Under the pieces are notes generated by a model. That model ran no database searches. It was not told where the DNA came from and was given only the letters and a program-made list of their open reading frames with translations. Positions 15,362-28,948 of a stretch of DNA of 64,000 bases are shown one piece after another. Origin of the DNA: the human T2T-CHM13v2.0 reference genome, Homo sapiens; assembly GCF_009914755.1 (NCBI RefSeq), contig NC_060926.1. One strand, given 5' to 3'. The position numbers and the translations under genes were made by a program. Positions within the stretch are counted from its first letter, which is position 1, and the number at the start of each line of letters is the position of its first letter.

Positions 15362-16101
15362 TGTTGGAGAGAAATTTTTTCCCAGAGTTTTGTTTAAAAT
15401 GACAACACAGATCTTATTCAGACTATTGCAGTAGGAGGGAGAGAGTTCAGTACAGAACTGAGCTGAACTCTGATCTGTGCAGAGATGACTGGGTGTTTTA
15501 AAGAGAGAATGAGAGAGTAAGAAGGGGAAATAAACAGGGATTCCAGCAAAGTCAGGAAAGTAGACAATTGCAGAAGACGATGGTGGGTGGGTCAATGTTA
15601 GGCCATCTGTGTCTGCCAACTAGTGTTTATCCAACTTAGGTTCCTAACTTTCCACACAGATGGGGAGGCAAAGGCCCTATATTTATTGATGATTACATGT
15701 CAACAAGGACCTGGCTGGCTCCCAGGTCCTTAAGAAAGACATTCCTGTGTTGTAGAAGATGCATCTCAAAGGAACAGAGACCGGATTTACAAATGCAAGT
15801 TTCTAAAGTAAATGCTCTAAGAAAAGGGAGGTCAGGGGCCTTTAGTCAGGATTTGGCTGGAACAAACAGTAAATTCTTTTGGCGTGTTGAGCTTTCTCAG
15901 ACAGGAACTTAAGGAGACTGGGGCTGTCATCCTAGGGACATGGGCTTGAGCTAAAAGAAACTATGCAAGTGTATGTTCAAGTCTCTTAGTGTGGCGGGTG
16001 GACAAAAATCATTTGTGATGAAAGTTTGCAGTTCTCACAGGCCAAGCTCAAGGCCTAGTGGAGTAGAGGGCTCAGTTTGGTCGTGGAGAGAGTCTTAGTC
16101 A
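15362..16101 (-). mobile_element. ERV1 solo LTR (MER31/MER67-like)
   Basis: Minus strand begins 'tgactaagactctctccacgaccaaactgagccctct...ctaggccttgagcttggcc'; ends '...ca'. Confidence 0.6.
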
Positions 16102-16244
16102 ATAGGATCATATCATTTGCAAAATGTAGTTTTAAATCATTTCTTCCAAACACTATTAACACTTTTCTTTTATAACTGTCTTATATGTCATTACCACCAG
16201 TATTTCTTCAGATACTAGTAGCTGAAATCTTTTCATTAAATAAT

Positions 16245-16518
16245 AGCTGGGCTCATGCTTGTAATCCCAGCACTTTGGGAGGCCAAGGCAGGTGGATCAC
16301 TTGAGATCAGGAGTTCAAGACCAGCCTGGCCAACATGACAAAACCCCATCTCTACTAGAAAAACACAAAAATTAGCTGAGTGTGGTGGCGCATACCTTGA
16401 GCCTGGGAGGTGGAGGTTGCAGTGAGCTGAGATCACACCACTGCACTCCAGCCTGGGAGACAGAGTGAGACTCCATCTCAAAAAAAAAAAAATTTAAATT
16501 AAATAATAAATAAAATAA
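16245..16518 (+). mobile_element. Alu with internal deletions
   Basis: Alu left and right arm text, A tail; the 'gtaatcccagctac...' segment of the right arm is missing. Confidence 0.9.
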
Positions 16519-16659
16519 GATGTTTGCTGTAGGTTGTGAAGTTCTCCATATTTCCTAGTTTGCTAAGAAGATTAAATAATATAAATAATTATTGAACTTT
16601 ATTAAAGAGTATTTTCTGACTCTATTGAGATAATCTTAAGGCTTTTAAAATTTAACTAA

Positions 16660-17022
16660 TGTGTTAGTCCATTCTCACACTGCTAATAAAGACATACCCG
16701 AGACTGGGTAATTTATAAAGAAAAGGAAGTTTAATGGACTCACGGTTCCACATGGCTGGGGAGGCCTCACAATCATGGTGGAATGTGAAGGAGGAGCAAA
16801 GGCATGTCTTACATGGTGCCAGACAAGAGAGCGTATGCAGAGGAACTGCCCTTTATAAACCATCAGATCTTGTGAAACTTACTCACTATCACGAGAACAG
16901 CTGGGAATAACCCACCCTCATGATTCAATTACCTCCCACCAGGTCCCTCCCACTACAAGTGGAGATTATGGGAGCTACAGAGCAAGATGTAATTTGGGTG
17001 GGGACACAGACAAACCATTTAA
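16660..17022 (-). mobile_element. THE1 (B/C-like) MaLR solo LTR
   Basis: 'tgtgttagtccattctcacactgctaataaagacatacccgagactgggtaa...gggtggggacacagacaaaccat'; 5-bp TSD actaa. Confidence 0.9.
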
Positions 17023-17564
17023 ACTAACAATGTGGTAAATACATTCTTAGATTCTTCAGATATTGAGCCATCTTTACAATACTCAGATAAACCTCATTTG
17101 ATTAAGATGTAATTTTTAAAATATCTTCTTAGATTAGGTTCACTAGTATTTTGTTAGGGTTGTTACATGACTGTTCAGAAATGAAATGGAACTATATATA
17201 TTTTTCTTGTACTACCTTACCCAATTTTGCAAAGTTACACATGCATCAAAAAATTAATTTGGAAGCTTCCCATTTTCTAGAATAATTTATGTAAGATGGA
17301 AATTATCTCTTCCATCTAAGTTTGATTACCTGTCAAACTGAACCTAGGGGTTATTTTCAGGAGAGGATGGTCTTTAATTTTCATTTAAGCTTTTACATTT
17401 TTGTGGTTTTGTTCAAGTTTTCTATTTTTTTCTGTGCCTATTTTCGCATTCTCTATTTTTTCTAGAAATTTATTTATTTTCTCCAGCTTTTATAATTTAT
17501 CAGAGCATAGTTGTTCATGATATTCTCTTTTTTAAAAATCTGTAGCTTCCCATCTATTTATTCT

Positions 17565-17912
<348 letters not shown>

Positions 17913-18479
17913 TAATTTATCTTCCTAGGTTTTATCTAATTTTCTTTTTATAAAACCAACTTTTTGTATTGTTAATCTTTTCTATTTTTATTCTCTATTT
18001 TGTTGATTTCTGACATTATTTTTATTATTTCACTCCTTTTTTATTAATATCTGAGCAATTGTTCTTTTTACAACTTTCTAGATAAAAATATTTAACTTGT
18101 TTGTTTGCAATCTTTCCTGCTTCCTAGTAAGTATATTTATACATTTTTCTCTATATACTGACTTTTCTGGTTTTCAAAATGTTGACCCGCAGGATTTTAA
18201 TATTATTCAGTTATAAATATTTTACCATTTTTAGGATGTCTACTCCTAAATTCAATCTTTATTTAGAAATATAATATTTAGTTTTCAGTCATATGGGACT
18301 TTTTAGGTTTTGTTTCTTAATTCAAAATTTATTCCATTACGGCATTTATTGTAGCTTCTTTTTGTCTAAAACGTGGTCAATGTTTTCATGGATACTTTTA
18401 TGGCTATTTGAAAATAATATGTTTTCACTAGAGTTGGGGACAACTTTCAAGTTTAACAGGTGTGTTGTTCAGCTCTTCT

Positions 18480-19035
18480 GATTAATTTTGACTAATGCAT
18501 TTCATTTGTTTCCAAATCAGTTTTGGTTTATTGTACTTGTTATTATAATTAAGCAATGTATATATACAATAAACAAATGAAATATAACTATCAACATAGT
18601 TTTTCTATGAAATTGAAGATAAATCCTGTAGAAATACAAACAAAAGTGATTTGCTTAAAAATATATATGAAATTCAGTGATGAGATTTTAGTAAGATAAT
18701 TGTAAAGGCTGGGGAAAAAAGTATAAAATCTGGAAAGATTCTGCATTTAGATTTCTTTTGCATGTCCTTAAGGACTTACTTGGCTTTACAGAATACAAAA
18801 TAATACATCATAAAGAATGCATTCTGGGTGCAGTTTACGTAAGAAAAATGACTCAGAATTCCAGGCAGAGTCAAAGCGTTGCATTAAGATACTGTCTGTT
18901 TTAATTTATTACAGGTTTTAAATTCAAATAAAACATTTAATGTATTTATGTATTTTTTATGATTCTCTACTATCGGTTTTTTGATTAACCAACCAAGTAA
19001 TCATTCTCGTTGTTCAGCTAAGAGGGCATCTACTG
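18480..19035 (+). mobile_element. Old Tigger-family (TcMar/pogo) remnant
   Basis: Degraded pogo HTH-like text at ~18600-18730; terminus 'taagagggcatctactg'. Confidence 0.5.
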
Positions 19036-19214
19036 CATATGTGTGAATATCAGTCCATCTATAGAAAAGATTGATGGGATGTATTCCAAAATGCTACCAT
19101 ACTTCTAGCTCTATGAAAGAATTGTAAATAGTTATAATATCTTCTTGTAGCTTTTGTCTATTTGACACATTTTTATGGTAAATTTGTATTATTCTTGTGA
19201 TCGGAGGGGTAATT

Positions 19215-19541
<327 letters not shown>

Positions 19542-19782
19542 GAGGGGCAATTTTTAAAATAGAAGAAAAAAAGAAATACCAATAGAATTAGAAGGAAGAA
19601 CTGATAGATAAAAGCAGTAACAATGCACAGCACTTAATAGATCTTTAAAGTACTTTTATTTGATAGTCACCAAAGCCTCTAGTATAGGTCAGTCCTGAAA
19701 ATCATTCTCTCTCTCTCTCTCTTTAACAGATGCAAAAATAAAATCTGAAAAGTTGAGGAACCAGACCAAGGTCCTCAAGCCG

Positions 19783-20880
19783 TGTTTTAGTTATCTCTTA
19801 CCCCATAGCAAACCACCTCAAAACTTAGTGGCTTAAAACAACAATTGATTATTACTTCTCAGGGTTCTGTGGATTGACTGGGCTCAGCTGCACCCACTTG
19901 GGTCTCTCATGAGGCTGCAGCCACTTGTTGGCTGGGGCTGGGCCACCTGAAGGCCCACTGGGCTGGCCTTCAAGATGGTGCACTCACGAGTCTAGTGTTA
20001 CCAGGGCAGCCCGAGAGAAAGAGCTGAAAAAGCTCATTATTTTCATATCCAGTCTTTTTCTAGTCTCTTTATCTATAGGTGCTCCTGCTTAAAGATCTCC
20101 AGCTGGCCTAGAACACTGCAGGAACTTCGTAGTCTTTTGCCAAATACCAGAGGAAGAAAAGGCCTGCAAGAAGCCGGTGCAAATCAGAACCGACAACCCC
20201 TTATTACCTTTAGATCATTAATATATGATGATGAGGCTAGGATCCCCAACCCTAAAAGGAAATCACTGCCATTTTCTGTTTGCGTGACATATGAAGGCAC
20301 GTGTTTATGACCTGCGCCTGCGCGATGGAGTTCCTCCCTGCACGTGTTTGCCTACCTCCCTGCCCCACATCGAATGCCTTAAATTTCCCCAGCTTCCTAC
20401 AGCCTGGGCAGAAGGAGCTCTCCTTCTCCTTTCCTGGCCACTGAATAAAATCTGCTTGCCTTTTTTTACAATTGGGTGTTCTTTCTTTGTAACCAATACA
20501 AAGTAGGGAAAGAACTGTTTCCTGGTGACACTGGCAGTTGATGCTGGCTGTGTCCTGGGAGCTCGGCTTGGGCCCCGGAGCAGAGTGCTTGCACGAGGTT
20601 CCCTCTTGGCATGGAGGCTCGGTTCTTAAGAGGATACTACCAAGAGTGAGCCTTCCGAGAGCCATGGGCAAAAGCTATGAGTCTTCTGAACTGTTCTCCC
20701 AACTTCCAGAGCATCCTTTCCACCACGTTCTACTGGCCAAGCAGTCACTAAGACCAACCTGGATTCAAGGGAAGGGGACTTAAGCCCTCCTGTTGACGGG
20801 GTATGTCAACATCACAACACAGAAGAGCCTGTGGAATGAGATTTTGCTGGGGCCGTCTTTGGACAAAAGAATCTGCCCCA
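19783..20880 (-). mobile_element. MLT1 MaLR LTR split by an ERV1-type LTR
   Basis: 'aaaccacctcaaaacttagtggcttaaaacaacaa...tcaagatggtgcactcac' resumes at 20531 with 'ctggcagttgatgctggctg'. Confidence 0.75.
19996..20530 (+). mobile_element. ERV1-class solo LTR (family not assigned)
   Basis: Ends tgttaccagg...cctggtgaca, 4-bp TSD ctag/ctgg, AATAAA at 20444. Confidence 0.75.
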
Positions 20881-21095
20881 GTCGCATAGCTAAAGATTGC
20901 AGGGAATAGGATGACGCTGGTGTTCTTTTTACTGGAAAATGCCACCTCTTAATGAGGTTTACAGATACAAATTGTATCACAGTGTCTGAAATGATATGTA
21001 TCTGGTAATAATGTCATTAAAAATGAAGAATATGTGAAGGCAGTTGCATTTTCTAATGTGGCATCAAGACTGGTATTTTGAAAGTTCTAAAGCCA

Positions 21096-21411
<316 letters not shown>

Positions 21412-21957
21412 AAAGTTCTAAAGCCAGTTGGAGTTTACTAACTGCTTCAAATATGCCTGTTATTTCTTCTCTTCCTATGGAGGGCGCAGGGGGGAAAAAG
21501 AACAAAATACGCATGTTACTTAACAAGGGCTCAGATGGGACTATTAATTCACAGTTCAATGCTCTTCTTAGAGTGGAAGTTGATATGTTTTTGTTGCTCA
21601 TTGGTTATTGGATAAAGCTATTTTCCCAGGCATAAAAAGAAGACTTAGTAACAGCTTTCTTTATTAAAATTGTGAATTGCTCAAAGCAGCTTCCTGTCCT
21701 CCAGGAAATCTAAAACAAAACACTGAGAGATTTTATAGCCTCCTTCCTTTCCCCTAGAGTCCACAAGAACTATTTTCTTCCCTTCTATCTCTTTTATTTT
21801 CCCAGACTGTAATTTCTGTGGAGAGAGCCCAGTTCATTGGAAGTTTCTGGAAGGCGGAGATGCCAGAGTGTGGCAACATCATTCCAAGGGCCATCACTGG
21901 TGCTCAAGAAGTCATGGGCCTCGGGCCACTGAGTACCTTTGACTTTAAAGAGACGTG

Positions 21958-22267
<310 letters not shown>

Positions 22268-23785
22268 AAGACATGATCTATTTGATTTTGTTCCTTCTGA
22301 GTCTTAACTCAATGAAAGGCCATTTTAAGTGAGCAAAATGAGAATCTTTTTATAGATGATGCCAGTAATAAACATTACTAGTTATTTGTCATATTTGAAA
22401 TGATGCTCAGTTCATTTTACTCATTACTGTTCATGGCGATTACTGAATACTAGCTTTGCTAATTACTTTTATTAATTGTCATTAGAATTAGAATTTCACT
22501 GTGGCTTAAATTCAAACCATGCTTGACAAATAGTTTGACAAATAGTTGCTTGACAAATAGTTGGAAGACTTCCTCTCCCCCAACGATGGCTTTGCCAGAG
22601 CTGCAATCATGGTGTCCTCAGCTGGCCTGCCAAGGGCAGCCTCTGTCCTTCCCCCTAACCAGCTCTGTCCTTCTGCACATCATGAATCCATGGAAAGCTC
22701 AGAGATGTGTAGGAATGAGCAGGAAGTGTCAGGAAGCAGGGTGGCCCTAACTGCTAGGAAATGGGGCTTAACAGGAGGAAGCGGTTGGCCTGAGCAGGTT
22801 TCCTTTTTAGGTGGGGGAGGGAGGGAAGGATAAGAAACTGAGATCACAGCGGGAGCTGTGGGGAGCCAGAAGGGTCCTAGAGGGAGGGCAGAGACTATTG
22901 GTGGGAAATGATGATGATACAGACTGGGCTTCCTGGGGCTCCAGGAGTGCAGCTATGCCTCCAGCACTGTCCTAGCAGTGTGGGGAGCTCAGAGTCAAGC
23001 CCAAGCTGTGGTTTGGGAGCTCCTTTCAGCAGCAGCTCTCTCTCACTAATGTCCCTGTGGTCTGCAACTGCTTTTCCTGGCTTGCTTTGATTGATTTTTT
23101 TAGCGTGTTCCTTCCCTGATGCTTGTATACCTCTTTTTGGTCTCTTTTCCCTCTTGTACCTCCTTTGTTTCTGAGCTCTCAAAAAAACTGCCATTAAAGA
23201 TGACTTTCTGCTGACATTTTTCTGGATGCAGTATATACCTATAGAGCAAAAAAGATTGCAGCTCTTTTGAAAAAAGCAAGCATGTTTCTTGCTTAAATAG
23301 CCAGTGCCTGGACACATAACAATTTCTCTAGAAGTAGATTGCAAATGACTGAATTGATTAGTTCCTATAAGCCGCTTAGCCCTGTGGTGCATAATGTTAC
23401 TGGGATCTTATTGCTTTAGGGGGTTGACTTTGTAATTTGTGACTTGTTCTTTGCTGCAGGCTTTGCTGCTGGAATACAAATGAGGCCATATTGACATTTA
23501 TGCCCAGACTCAAAGGCCCCCACCGGCTCTTCTGAAATGGATCCAAACTTTTTCTGAATACTTTTTTGCTCAGGCATTCCTAAATAAGCCTAGAGGTGCT
23601 TGTACACGTTCACGAATCAGTCCAGCATCTGAGCTGTCTGATAGGTGCCTGTTCCCTTCACTGGTAGAATAGACCATCCCCTTTGTATCTAGACTATGAT
23701 GATTCCTCAAGAGAAGGAGGATATGGAATCAGGAGTATCCCACAGAAAAGCTGCCTGGACCCCAAGTGTAACATCTTACAACTCA

Positions 23786-24453
23786 CCCTTGGATAAGCCC
23801 CTTCCAATTCACCCCTGGACAAGCCCCTTCCAATTCACACTTGGGTGAGCCTCTTCCAATTCACCCTTGGACAAGCCCCTTCCAGTTCACCCTCGGACAG
23901 GCCCCTTCCAGTTCACCCTCGGACAGGCCCCTTCCAGTTCACCCTCAGACAGGCCCCTTCCAATTCACCCTTGGACAGGCCCCTTCCAGTTCACCCTCGG
24001 ACAAGCCTCCTTTCAATTAACACTTGGATGAGCCTCTTTCAATTCACACTTGGACAAGCTCCTTCCAATTCACCCTTGGACAAGGTCATTCCAATCCACT
24101 CCTGGAGAAGCCTCCTTCCAATTCACACTTGAGTGAGCCTCTTTCAATTCACCCTTGGACAAGTCCTTTCCAGTTCACACTTGGACAAGCATCTTTCCAG
24201 TTCACACTTGGGTGAGCCTCTTCCAATTCACCCTTGGACAAGCCCATTCCAATTCACCCTTGGACACACACCCTTCCAATTCACACCTGGGTGAGCTCTT
24301 TCAATCCTTGGACAAGCCCCTTCCAATTCATTCATGGGGAGCCTCTTCCAATTCACTCTTGGATAAACCTTTTCCAATTCACCCTTGGACAGCCCTCCTC
24401 CAATTCACTCTTGAAGATATTCTTTCAGTTTACACTCGGGGAGGCCTCTTTCA
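23786..24453. repeat. 26-bp minisatellite, ~26 units
   Basis: Units cccttggacaagccccttccaattca and cacttgggtgagcctcttccaattca; 26-bp period (23786, 23812, ...). Confidence 0.95.
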
Positions 24454-24748
24454 CCAGACACAAATGGTACCAGGGTTGCTGCATCCAAATGGTGTCCCTT
24501 ATCACCACTCAGCTGACCCGGAGCCAGCCTTTAGACGGTGGTGTGAACCTTCAGTGCTCATGGTTCCAGTCTCCCCCATTTCTTGAGGTGGATTTCCTCT
24601 CAGGATTCCAGGGTCCTTCCTTTCAATTCATCACATTAGAGATACCCCAACCCCTCAGGCATAGTTTCATATTTCTGAGCCTGAGGTAAAGGGAGGCAGG
24701 GTCTTTGTCCCCTTTCTTTCTGAGGGTAATCTATCCCTCTCTATATAA

Positions 24749-25096
24749 AAATAATTGGAGCAACTCTGCAGCATCTGAGCCCCAAAACCGGATCGTGGAG
24801 GGAGACACAGCGTCGGACTCCACAAGGCAGTAGGCGAACACCGCACCTCGAGTCCATCTGCGTTGCTGCTTGAGGGTATGGACGATGTGCGGGATGGAGG
24901 CCCAGAGCTGTTCATCCCTGCAACCAATGTTCACGCAACCACCAGGGGGCGAAAGGACTCTAACCCCACACGTAGTGAGTGGTTCCCACGCCACGTTCCA
25001 GTAGGAGAAATGAAGTTCCCGGGGACGGAAGAAGATGGCAGTCACCTGGTGTGCCCAGCATGTTTGACCCCCCGAGCAGCTTATGTTTCAACACCT
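24749..25096. promoter_or_regulatory. Small CpG-rich element with CTCF core (24939-24951) and YY1-like motif (25032-25039)
   Basis: About 18 CpG in ~300 bp; 'ccaccagggggcg' matches the CTCF consensus core; 'aagatggc'. Confidence 0.6.
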
Positions 25097-25689
25097 CTCT
25101 CTATATAAGATAGGATTACTTGCTATGGTGATTATAAAATGAAACAAATAATAGTGATGGCCAGAAAGGAAACATTACCAGTGAAAATTTTTCTTTTATT
25201 GAATTTCATAAATATAATTAAAAAAACAAATGAATAAAAATAAAGCAAACATCATAATACAAAAAAGGAAATAAGGCCTGGTTTTTTTCCCAAGAGTCTA
25301 AAAATCTACATCTTGGTTTCAACTTTGACGCCTTGGTAACAGTTTGGTGTAATATTTTGTGCAAATAATTGTCCAGTAACCAATAAGTAGATGTTAATCA
25401 AACTGAATCATCTACAGAAGATACGGTTTAGGCAACTACTAAATCATTTCATTTTTGTAAATTTTATTTGCTTGATTTACTTTTGTTTTAAAACAATTGA
25501 CAATGACTACAGAATACACTTCATTTTCAAGATATTATTTAAATTCCACCAATAGTTGACATATGAAGTAAACCAAATAAAAATATTACACCTCCAAAGT
25601 GTCACTGTCTCACCGCTCTAAATTGTAAACAAAAGTTAAAACTTCAGCTGGGCACACAACGTGAAAGAGGGGGTCTGTTGTTGTTGCTG

Positions 25690-25998
25690 CTTTTGTTTTT
25701 AAACACAGGGTCTTGCTCTGTCGCTCAGGCTGAAGTGCAGTGGCATGATCTTAGCTCAGTGCAGCCTCAAACTCCTGGACTCAAGTGAGTCTTCCCCTTC
25801 AGCCTCCTGAATAACTAGGATTACAGACGCATGCCACCACACCTGGTCAATTTTTAGAAATTTTTTTGGTAGAGATTGGGGTCTCAATATATTGCTGAGG
25901 CTGGTCATGAACTCCTGGCTGGTCATGTACTCCTGGTCTCAAGCAATCCTCCTGTCTTGGCCTCCCAAAGTGCTGGAATTACAGGCATGAGCCACCAG
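25690..25998 (-). mobile_element. AluJ with an 18-bp internal duplication
   Basis: Alu text; 'ggctggtcatgaactcct' followed by 'ggctggtcatgtactcct'. Confidence 0.88.
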
Positions 25999-27544
25999 CA
26001 TTCTGGTTCTTGGTCTTTGCTTCTCCATGCTGCCACAACTGGTTGCAAATCCCCTGTTAGAGGGGTTATGCATAGACTGGAGTGGGAGATCCAAACTGCA
26101 CCCCACAGCCTTATCAAACCCCATCCACATAACAGGGAGTTCTCTGAATTACCTTCCATGCAGAATACAATGTTTAGTAAAGTGAGTAGTAACAAAGGTG
26201 CTCTGCTGAAGCTTACATATATATCATTAAAACAGTGACTACAGCAGTTGTTTTTGACTGAGACCAAAAATAAATAAATAAACAAATAGAAAACAAGATT
26301 CTTTTTCACGTGGGAGTATTTTTTATTATTGACATTGTTTAGGATTGCTGGCATATGATGATAATAAAAAGCAGTTGGATTTTAGTTGTTTTTATTTTTC
26401 TTGTTCAACATACTTCAGACAATGCCAACACCCCCACTGTCATCTGCACCCGGGCAAACCCACCCACTGCCTTGAGAATCTGGCTGCCTGCTTTGTAGAA
26501 ACAAATAAATAAGTCAACAACATGAGCCCTGCCTGCAGGATCTGGTTATGAAGAAGGGTTCCTTCTTAGTATCCTGCCTCAAGGAGGCCTGTTTTTTTTC
26601 CTAAATATTGGGGTCTGAAAATCTCTGAACCTTCCAGGGATAATACCACAGGCCATTGGCCCCAAAGTGGTTGCCATGGCTCCTGAAATCAACCCAGTCA
26701 TTCCTGTGACAGGTCATCAGAACAGGCTTCAGGATGGCTAGCTTGTGAGCTTTCTGCAGTTGCTGAAAGGCCTCATGTGACTAAACTGAACTATTCACCC
26801 CTCTCTGTCTCCCCAGGCCAGGTATCCACAGCTACCAGAAGCCTAGCTCTCATCCACACCTCCATGGTCTTTCCAACACCCTGAAATCGTACATGAAAAA
26901 AATCAGCCTAAATACAAGTAATCATTCATGGCATATTGAATTTTTGGGGGACTGAAATTAACTATAAACTGGATTACATTGTTCTAATTTGGGAGATAGA
27001 AATAAACACTTAAGATGGAGCTTTCGAATCAAAGTTATTATTTTTCAAAAATGGCCCTAGAGTCCTATGGTAAACAGAATAATAGCCCCCACCTGCAAAG
27101 ACATCCGCATCCTAATCCCCGGAACTTGTGAATATGGTACAGTGCCGAGCTGGATGTGGGGGGAAAAGTCCAGCACCAGTAGCTGAGACCCATCAGCAAT
27201 GGGCAGGGATGAGGAGGCCCCAGGAGCAGGGAGCCCAGACCCCAGAAACAGCTACATCCCTAGGGCCTTAACTGTGATTGGTGTCACCAGGGGCTCTGGG
27301 TCCTTCCGAAGTCACAGCATAGTGGGTGAGCTGGGTGGGAGGATCTCTCATCTAAGCCACCGACTCGTCACTGTGACTGACCAGCGCCCGGGCAATGGAA
27401 TTTTCTCATCCGCTGGCAGTCTGCAGAGTCCCCAGTGGCAGGGACGGAGAGGAAACTTGATCTACATGAAGTGTGAGTCCACGGTCGGTTCAGAGATTCT
27501 TTTGACTTTCCAGGATAATATTTTATACTAAGGGTTGGACTTGC

Positions 27545-28325
<781 letters not shown>

Positions 28326-28819
28326 TGGACTCTCCTGCCATTTTTGAAAAATACTTTTAAAATATTAGATTTGACCTGTTCATTTCTCTGTCTTCTAAAT
28401 TAGAACAATTTGTTCCAGTTTATGTTTGGCTTAAGTCCCAAAGAAATTCAATATGAAACCAATAATTGCTGGTTATTAGCCTAATTTATCATTTGGGACT
28501 TGGCTGTACTTATTCATCAAACTAAAAGATGGTGGTGAATTCATTAATAATTTTTACTTAGAGTGTGTGTAGGTCTTTAAAAATGATTTGAGGTTGTTTA
28601 CAAACTTAAAATAGAATGAATACAATCAAAACCCAAAATGACTCGAAGAGACAAGCAGATTTTACCAGGTACCTCATCTACAGACTGGGAACATCACCTC
28701 AAGGCAGTTTGGTTGGTTGGTTGTTGCAGTTTCTGTTCAAAGATGAACCCACTGTGCTTCCTGGTCATGTTGTCTGACAAGCAAAAGTACACACGGGGTT
28801 GGAAAGAAAACCGATGCCC

Positions 28820-28948
28820 AGACCTGGAGTTCGGGGAGGCATCTGTATGCGGAGACCTGAGTTGGGGGAGGCACCTGTATGTGGAGGCCAGGGTTGGGGG
28901 AAGTATCTGTGTGCACAGGCCTGGGTTGGGGGAGGTATCTGTATGTGA
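28820..28948. repeat. 32-bp G-rich tandem repeat x4
   Basis: Units like agacctgagttgggggaggcacctgtatgtgg at 28820, 28853, 28885, 28917. Confidence 0.85.

Noticed and set aside
23786-24689. CRISPR-like array, or repeat proteins from the ORFs at 23845-24689
   Set aside because: Units abut with no unique spacers, there are no cas genes and the context is eukaryotic; the ORFs are read-through of the minisatellite.
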